Of a stretch of 64,000 bases of DNA, positions 49,446 through 64,000 are shown piece by piece. Position numbers and translations under genes: made by a program. Position 1 is the first letter of the stretch. The number at the start of each line of letters is the position of its first letter. Origin of the DNA: a virus (taxonomy: Duplodnaviria; Caudoviricetes); the IMG/VR virus record IMGVR_UViG_3300028920_000023. One strand, given 5' to 3'. The notes under the pieces are model-generated. The model ran no database searches. It had not been told where the DNA came from and saw nothing but the letters and a program-made list of their open reading frames with translations.

Positions 49446-50165
49446 ATGGTCTACGGGACATCAAGTGACATCATTATCTCGGACTCCCAAACAACCTGTG
49501 ATTATGAACCAGAAACCTGGCAAACAGGAACATCATCAGACGCCACAACACTAAATATGCCGATTCGGAAAGAATACCTATTAAACCCGAATTATGTAAC
49601 TAATTATGAAACTAATTACAAAATAGATAATATTATAACATACAAACCAGAAAACTGGAAAATAAAATTATTAAATAATTCTATATCTTCGACAGGTGGG
49701 TTTCTTAATATAAACGACGGTACCAACTACACAATCGACACATCAGATTATACTATCCAATGGAGATGGGGACATCGAGGATTAACCCAGAATATAAAAA
49801 CCAGTAGAAGCGAACGATTCCACAAACAAAGAAACTCAGAACCAGAACTAAGGGCCAGAGCACTCCTCCGAGAACTCATAAGCCCAGAAAAATACCAGAG
49901 ATACCTAAAAACAGGCCACCTGATGGTACAAGGCAGATCCGGACTCATGTACCGCATCAGGGGCGACGAACAAATGACCAGAGTCTACATCGTAGACGTA
50001 GATGGAAAATATCATCACCTGGAAGACCTCTGTGTAGTATTCAAGGACAATGGACTACCCTACACAGACGCCGTAATCATGCGGATGATGCTCATTGAGA
50101 ATGATGAGTTCGCATTCAGGTCCAAAGCGAACGTATTCAGCAGTCAAAGGAGAGCCATCGCATGA
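49446..50165 (+). CDS. hypothetical protein (239 aa)
   Basis: ORF track; GGAG RBS; globular-looking C-terminal half. Confidence 0.7.
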   Translation: MVYGTSSDIIISDSQTTCDYEPETWQTGTSSDATTLNMPIRKEYLLNPNYVTNYETNYKIDNIITYKPENWKIKLLNNSISSTGGFLNINDGTNYTIDTSDYTIQWRWGHRGLTQNIKTSRSERFHKQRNSEPELRARALLRELISPEKYQRYLKTGHLMVQGRSGLMYRIRGDEQMTRVYIVDVDGKYHHLEDLCVVFKDNGLPYTDAVIMRMMLIENDEFAFRSKANVFSSQRRAIA

Positions 50166-50527
50166 GACAAACATTCGAATTCTATTGTAATGATTGTCAT
50201 GGCTACATACTAGTCAGGCTTAGTATGGTAAAAGACCAAAATATCCTGGTCGTATGCCCGAACTGCAGAAGAGAACATCCCAGGGTTATAAAAGGCGGTG
50301 AACTGAAATCAGAATTATTCAAAGACAAACACGGATTTTATTGTTATGGAGATGACAGGTACGCAAATAATGACGTCCTGAGCAGAAATCATATGGAAAA
50401 TACTGGGGAAAGAATATTACCAATGAAATCCGCTTATAGCAAAGAAAGGCGATTACATGTTGTTGAAAAAGCTGGTTTCATGGCTGAAAGGTGGCTTGAA
50501 AAAGCAGAAAGAGAAAAACATGGGTAA
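50162..50527 (+). CDS. zinc-ribbon protein
   Basis: CNDC...CPNC. Confidence 0.7.
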   Translation: MRQTFEFYCNDCHGYILVRLSMVKDQNILVVCPNCRREHPRVIKGGELKSELFKDKHGFYCYGDDRYANNDVLSRNHMENTGERILPMKSAYSKERRLHVVEKAGFMAERWLEKAEREKHG

Positions 50528-50918
50528 AACAGAAAAAAGACTACCGAAATCCAAAAAGACCCACAGAAAAGATTTCGACAATCTAAGATTCCAATATTAC
50601 GACGATAAGGACGTAATACACATTCACGACGATCACCACGGGGAAGACAAACTTAGATTCGTATACGACGCCCAAAAATTCCAAATACTCATAGAGGATA
50701 TCCTAAGAACATTACATACCCACACATCGCCATTCTATATCGAAGGAAATCCAGAAGAAGACGATCATCTAGACGAAGACCTATCCCCAGTTTGTTTGCA
50801 ATTTGTCTGTACAATAGAAGGATGGGAAGTGGAACTGACAACAAAAGACAGCACAAACGGGAATAAAATAAACTCGGAACTAAACGATTTTCTCCACGAT
50901 TTCATAAATTCATACTAG
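50520..50918 (+). CDS. hypothetical protein
   Basis: Likely start MGKTEK at 50520, overlapping the upstream stop region. Confidence 0.65.
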   Translation: MGKTEKRLPKSKKTHRKDFDNLRFQYYDDKDVIHIHDDHHGEDKLRFVYDAQKFQILIEDILRTLHTHTSPFYIEGNPEEDDHLDEDLSPVCLQFVCTIEGWEVELTTKDSTNGNKINSELNDFLHDFINSY

Positions 50919-50927
50919 GGGGTACTG

Positions 50928-51119
50928 ATGGAATTACAAAGATGCACGATCTGTGACGAAGAAATGCCCCTAGACGAATTTCCATCAAATGGCAACGATG
51001 GAAAAAGAAAACAATGTAAGAAATGTATGAGAGAACTCAACAGGCGATGGCGAAAAGAGAACAGAGAAAAAGTAAGCCTTTATAACAAAAGAAGAAGATC
51101 TAAGACTGGAATGGTATAG
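50928..51119 (+). CDS. small zinc-finger protein
   Basis: CTIC...LDEF...CKKC, like the N-terminal Zn fingers of phage HNH/endonuclease VII proteins, but with no nuclease domain. Confidence 0.6.
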   Translation: MELQRCTICDEEMPLDEFPSNGNDGKRKQCKKCMRELNRRWRKENREKVSLYNKRRRSKTGMV

Positions 51120-51528
51120 ACGGCATATCCTGGAGACGACTATAGAGAGACAAACCAGCATCCGGATCATAATCTTTCTCTTCCGGTTCATCAGTCATTT
51201 CTCGATACGACGGAAGAAGAGAAGCAATATGCTGAGTCAAATCCTCAATTGTCTCTCTATCAGCATCTATGGTCCTAGATAGAATTCTACGTATTACACC
51301 AATATCCTCATCTGTAATTCCAGAATGAGCTAACTCCTGGAACACAGCCCTTATAGCTTCTTTTTCATCTGGTGTTAATTCTGATACTTCTACGTCTTCC
51401 GGGAATAATTCACGCAGGTCTTCTTCTTTTAATGGAATACCGGCTTTATTCCAATAGAGGACCATCTCACTCAATGGAGATATTTTATTTCCGGATAATA
51501 CTATTTCTAAACTATCTTCGAGTTTCAT
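51100..51528 (-). CDS. hypothetical protein (142 aa)
   Basis: ORF track. Confidence 0.65.
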   Translation of the reverse strand: MKLEDSLEIVLSGNKISPLSEMVLYWNKAGIPLKEEDLRELFPEDVEVSELTPDEKEAIRAVFQELAHSGITDEDIGVIRRILSRTIDADRETIEDLTQHIASLLPSYREMTDEPEEKDYDPDAGLSLYSRLQDMPSIPFQS

Positions 51529-51875
51529 ACTTTATTTTTGACAGTATCGATAATCCTACAGCCGCAACCAGGGTCATTCAACATATCCCCACCACAGACA
51601 AGAACACCCCTACTATCACGAAAAGTTGAGACATTCTTACAGCAAATAGGGCAATAAGCTGTTTTCAGCTTTTTCAAACCGGATATCAATATTTTCTTTT
51701 GTTCTTTCAGAGAACGGCCTTTTCCCTTGGCCTGAGAACGAAGCCTATCCTCTATCCTCTTAGAAACAGTATCAACCTCATCTGGAGCAGAATGTCCGCA
51801 TTCTAGGATGAAAGAACCATCCTTGTCAACTGACTTCACTCCCTGGGTTTTCCCACATTCTAAGCAGTATATCAT
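51525..51875 (-). CDS. Cys-rich zinc-binding protein
   Basis: CLEC...CGH; CPIC...C...C. Confidence 0.65.
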   Translation of the reverse strand: MIYCLECGKTQGVKSVDKDGSFILECGHSAPDEVDTVSKRIEDRLRSQAKGKGRSLKEQKKILISGLKKLKTAYCPICCKNVSTFRDSRGVLVCGGDMLNDPGCGCRIIDTVKNKV

Positions 51876-51921
51876 GTTGCACCTCCATCATACTTTTATC
51901 ATGCACAGTGTAGCATGAAAA

Positions 51922-52197
51922 TTAATCAAAATCAACTAAAGAAACATTCTTTCCAGCAAGCTTATGTCCACAATCAGATAAAAAACGTAAAACACCATCC
52001 GTAAGAAACAAATGACATCTAATCCTCCCAAAATTCAAAAGAGAAGGCGTAAACGTCGGCTTATCCAAATTACCATTAAAAATCCAAGAAGGATAATTCG
52101 GAACACCAACGTAAAATACATGACTAATCTCACACCCAGGGCAATAAAACATATACCCCTTGCCACCACTAAAATCACACTCAATCAACGTCTTCAT
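51922..52197 (-). CDS. DUF6527-like small Zn-binding protein
   Basis: FYCPGC...H...WIFNGNLDKPTFTPSLL...RCHLFLTDG..FLSDCGH. Confidence 0.7.
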   Translation of the reverse strand: MKTLIECDFSGGKGYMFYCPGCEISHVFYVGVPNYPSWIFNGNLDKPTFTPSLLNFGRIRCHLFLTDGVLRFLSDCGHKLAGKNVSLVDFD

Positions 52198-52994
52198 GCT
52201 AGAAACGGCTTATCTACCCTAGTACCCTCAGCCTGGGGAACCTGCCAATAACCACTAGAAGACAAATCCTTCTGAGTCTTCTTAACAAGATCCTTAAGAG
52301 ACGTCCTCAACCTCATCTTACGCATATTTCGAATAAGAAAATGTGTAAGAGCACCACAAGGACGACCACCAACCTCAGTATCAGCACTAGTCTGCTCAGC
52401 CCTACAGCCAGAAATAAACCCAACATCCAAATCGCCACCACGAATCAAATCCCTAAACTTAGCAGTCAAACTCAAAAGAGATAAAGAACGCTTCCTCCAC
52501 TCCAAATCCGGCGGAGTAGGATACATTCTAGGAACCTGGATAACATCAGACAAATCCCTAGTCAACGTACCACTATGACAACAATCAGCCACCCAATAAA
52601 ACCTAGTGCCCTTCTTAACCTTATTTTTAAAATGATTATAAAGCCAATCATCAGTAATCATATGCTTGGCAGACCAATCAAAATCAACAGGACAAATAAC
52701 CTCATCCAAACCATCAATTTCCTCATTATACTTATCCCGAGAAGTAACCTGGACACCATGCCCACTAAAATGAAAAAAGATCCTATCCTTAGGACCAGCA
52801 TCCGTCAGCCAATACAACCTCTGTTTAATCGCCTCCGTAGTAGCACGCCCATCACACAAGAGACGAATCTGATTATACTTAAAACGGTACCTCGAAACCA
52901 AAACCTCCCCCATATCCATAGCATCATTAACACAACCACGCAGAGGAGACTTCGGATAAGCATTAATTCCAACCACCAGAGCTTTGTCACCCAT
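52194..52994 (-). CDS. metacaspase (peptidase C14)
   Basis: ALVVGINAY..LRGCVNDA; His in HFSGHG; Cys in ADCCHSG. Confidence 0.92.
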   Translation of the reverse strand: MGDKALVVGINAYPKSPLRGCVNDAMDMGEVLVSRYRFKYNQIRLLCDGRATTEAIKQRLYWLTDAGPKDRIFFHFSGHGVQVTSRDKYNEEIDGLDEVICPVDFDWSAKHMITDDWLYNHFKNKVKKGTRFYWVADCCHSGTLTRDLSDVIQVPRMYPTPPDLEWRKRSLSLLSLTAKFRDLIRGGDLDVGFISGCRAEQTSADTEVGGRPCGALTHFLIRNMRKMRLRTSLKDLVKKTQKDLSSSGYWQVPQAEGTRVDKPFLA

Positions 52995-53241
52995 TTTCAG
53001 GATCCCCTTTCATTGTATTTTTATTTATAAATTCCAAGATGTGAAAAACACACAAATTCAAAACCATATTCTCATGCTGAAACACAAAATCTTTGCCCAA
53101 ATTATTACAAATCAAATCCAACTTATCATTATCCAAATCATCCAACTCAATAGACATAGAACCATCATCATGATGCAAGAACGCAGAAGACGATACAAGA
53201 TCGAAATTTTTCTTTCTATTCCACATAAACATATCTACCAA
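52987..53241 (-). CDS. hypothetical protein (84 aa)
   Basis: ORF track; overlaps the metacaspase start. Confidence 0.5.
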   Translation of the reverse strand: MVDMFMWNRKKNFDLVSSSAFLHHDDGSMSIELDDLDNDKLDLICNNLGKDFVFQHENMVLNLCVFHILEFINKNTMKGDPENG

Positions 53242-53263
53242 ATATACAACGGAGGATTAAAAA

Positions 53264-54157
53264 ATGATAATCACAATATCAGCCATCATAATTATCCTTC
53301 TAATATGGTCACTCTGGATATCCAGAGGAGCACGATCCTGGAGATACAGACCACACAAAGCATGGTCCAGAATAGCATACTGGGCAGGCGACGTATACGT
53401 ACTAAGATACAACTTCTTCGGATTATTCAAAATACCATTTATAGCCTGGGGCAAACACGAAGACAAAGTAGGATATAAAGAATTCCTAGAAGCACTCAAG
53501 CTCACAAAACAAGGAGATATACTCCTAGCAACACACGACGGCTACATCCTAAGTAATAGCGCAATACCAGGACTATTTAAACACGCAGCCATAATAACCA
53601 AAACCCCAGAAGACTTATCCCAATTCGAACTCGTAGAAGCCATAAGCGACGGCGTCGTAAAAAGACACCCACTCTACGCCAAAGCAGACGACGTAATAAT
53701 CGTAAGACCAAAGAACGTAACAGACGCAGATAGAAAAGAAGCAGCAGAGATAGCAGAAAAATTAGTAGGTTGCCGATACGACTCATCCTTCGAATTCAAC
53801 ATAGAAGAAGAATTAGAAAGAATAAGTGACTCAGCCACAGACGACTACGTAGCAGAAAACGCCAGAGAACTCCACACCGCTGAAGAGAACTTCAAACAAG
53901 ACTACGATATAGCATTCAGCTGCACAGAAACAGTAGCCACAGCCTGGTGGAAACACAGAAGGGTGCTGGGTATAAGCAGAAAGAAAGTAAGAGGAAGAGA
54001 ATGTATCGTAGCGGATCAGTTTGTCAATAGGGATATGGAGGTAATATGGACTAACGTAGAACCAGAATACGCTAAAAAGAAGAACCTCCCAGAAGAAGGA
54101 GTCAGAGAAATAGAACACTATTGGGAAGACAAAATCAAAACTTCGTTATCGAACTAG
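53264..54157 (+). CDS. membrane-anchored permuted NlpC/P60 (YiiX/YebB-like) amidase
   Basis: N-terminal TM helix; GDILL...KHAAI...VEAISDGV...GCRYD...FSCTETV, with His before Cys (permuted order). Confidence 0.8.
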   Translation: MIITISAIIIILLIWSLWISRGARSWRYRPHKAWSRIAYWAGDVYVLRYNFFGLFKIPFIAWGKHEDKVGYKEFLEALKLTKQGDILLATHDGYILSNSAIPGLFKHAAIITKTPEDLSQFELVEAISDGVVKRHPLYAKADDVIIVRPKNVTDADRKEAAEIAEKLVGCRYDSSFEFNIEEELERISDSATDDYVAENARELHTAEENFKQDYDIAFSCTETVATAWWKHRRVLGISRKKVRGRECIVADQFVNRDMEVIWTNVEPEYAKKKNLPEEGVREIEHYWEDKIKTSLSN

Positions 54158-55619
54158 ATTGAGCAGAAGCACTAAAATCTAAAGTCAACTTAGCAAATTC
54201 AACGAAGCGGTGATAAACATCACTATCACCAGCATCAACCTGGATATCAGGGGAAAGAGACCAAACCCTACCAACATTACTCATATCAGGCCTAGTCCAA
54301 TAAGTAACAGTAGCACCAGCACCATAACTAGTATCAGAAGTACCAAAAGCACCCAAGGACCACATCAAAGCAGAAATAAAGCCAAAATTAAACAAACTCT
54401 GACCACTACCATTACCATTGTTAATAACACCAACACCAGCAAAATTCACACCATAAGTATATCTCAGACTCAATAAACGCAAACCCCTCGTAACCCAACT
54501 AGAAACAGATTCATAACCCTGTGTAAAACTCGTAGTATTAATAGGGAAACTCTCCATAAGAATCCAATCATTCTGAGTCAAACTAGACTCAACCAGATCA
54601 GAATTATAAGTTGAATTAGGATAAGTAACATCATTCTCAGTGCCCAGTATATGATTGGTATTCCAAGCATTTGCAAAAACCAACAACTCACTAGTGTCAG
54701 TACCACCACTTAGATCATCAGCATGGACAAAATCAACTCGCTGATTAAACTGTTCCCTGGTAACTCCAAAATCATAACCAGCCTCATCGATGAAAATACC
54801 ATCAATATTAAGATCACGCCACTGATTTACTTTAGTCTTGAAATTAGAGAAAGATTGATTAGCAGAAACATAACCAAAAACCAAAGTATTAGGATTCAAA
54901 GCCTGAACACGCGGAATAATAATCTCAGAATTACTATAATCCGGATGAGTTGGATTCTGCACGCCATCCCCAAGCACAACTAACCTGAATTTTGCCATAT
55001 CCTGAGCAACTTTTTCATTATTCCAGACATTCACGCCGCTATTGAAAGAATTCGGATATCCGTAATAAATCAACAAATCGCTAGGGCGAGTAAATCTAGC
55101 TTCTACTACCTCCTGATTATGATACCCAAGTTTAGCATGGATATTCTCCAAATTTGCTATTCTATTGGTATTTCCCTGTACCAGCCCATCCTCACCTAAG
55201 AGCGGAGAATGACCTGACAAATACAAAGGACTATCAGTATCGTTATAAATCTCGCGACGATGTATCAATATCTGCATATTATGCCACGGACCAGATATGT
55301 TGGTTAACGGATCAGTAACTTCAATATTAGCATCAAGATAATATTCCAAATCCTGAGGAGTATAATCAGTATAATCATGGGCCGCAATGAGACCACCAGC
55401 AGGGTCAGTAGTATCCCCATCCAGAATAGTCTTTTCACCAGCAGATAAAGCGCTCTGGAAAATGACATCAACCCTATCGGGGTCATCATTATTACCTATA
55501 GTTATCCCGATAAGGATAGTAACAATAGAAGAATTTTCGATCTCCATATGGAATTTCGATTGGTTTATTGAACTATTGGGAAAATCGTCATTTATAGAAT
55601 ATGTATAGGTGGTAGCCAT
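54135..55619 (-). CDS. protein with an N-terminal extension and a TIM-barrel glycoside-hydrolase-like domain
   Basis: LLIYYGYPNSFNS...WNNEKVAQDMA...GIFIDEAGYDFG, strongly similar to 42365-43285. Confidence 0.65.
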   Translation of the reverse strand: MATTYTYSINDDFPNSSINQSKFHMEIENSSIVTILIGITIGNNDDPDRVDVIFQSALSAGEKTILDGDTTDPAGGLIAAHDYTDYTPQDLEYYLDANIEVTDPLTNISGPWHNMQILIHRREIYNDTDSPLYLSGHSPLLGEDGLVQGNTNRIANLENIHAKLGYHNQEVVEARFTRPSDLLIYYGYPNSFNSGVNVWNNEKVAQDMAKFRLVVLGDGVQNPTHPDYSNSEIIIPRVQALNPNTLVFGYVSANQSFSNFKTKVNQWRDLNIDGIFIDEAGYDFGVTREQFNQRVDFVHADDLSGGTDTSELLVFANAWNTNHILGTENDVTYPNSTYNSDLVESSLTQNDWILMESFPINTTSFTQGYESVSSWVTRGLRLLSLRYTYGVNFAGVGVINNGNGSGQSLFNFGFISALMWSLGAFGTSDTSYGAGATVTYWTRPDMSNVGRVWSLSPDIQVDAGDSDVYHRFVEFAKLTLDFSASAQSSSITKF

Positions 55620-55627
55620 GATGCCTC

Positions 55628-64000
<8,373 letters not shown>

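Overview
This window looks like part of a large (jumbo/huge) dsDNA bacteriophage genome. It uses the standard genetic code, has Shine-Dalgarno motifs and is gene-dense. Replication/repair genes: a DnaE-type polymerase split in two, an RNase H-like gene, a DinG helicase and SbcD/SbcC. A large virion-surface region encodes collagen-like Gly-X-Thr fibres, three chaperone-type fibre paralogs, four RCC1-propeller paralogs, three glycosyltransferases, a sulfotransferase, and a giant collagen ORF of more than 2,200 aa that runs off the right edge. Other accessory genes include an actin-like ATPase, a GroES-like protein, an Hc1-like protein, an endonuclease-Mom fusion, a ferritin-like protein, a metacaspase and a permuted NlpC/P60. 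The most striking locus is 37.84-42.03 kb. It holds two tandem CRISPR-like arrays with a 29-nt repeat and mostly 32-nt spacers. Each array is preceded by an identical, highly structured leader RNA of about 130 nt and followed by an identical 17-nt trailer. Next come a tRNA-like element, a 565-aa TnpB/Cas12-like protein whose RuvC site looks inactivated and C-terminally truncated, and a closely linked 264-aa unknown gene. I recognised no cas1, cas2 or transposase genes. This may be an undescribed phage-encoded, nuclease-dead, RNA-guided DNA-binding system. All family assignments come from motif recognition by eye; no database search was run.
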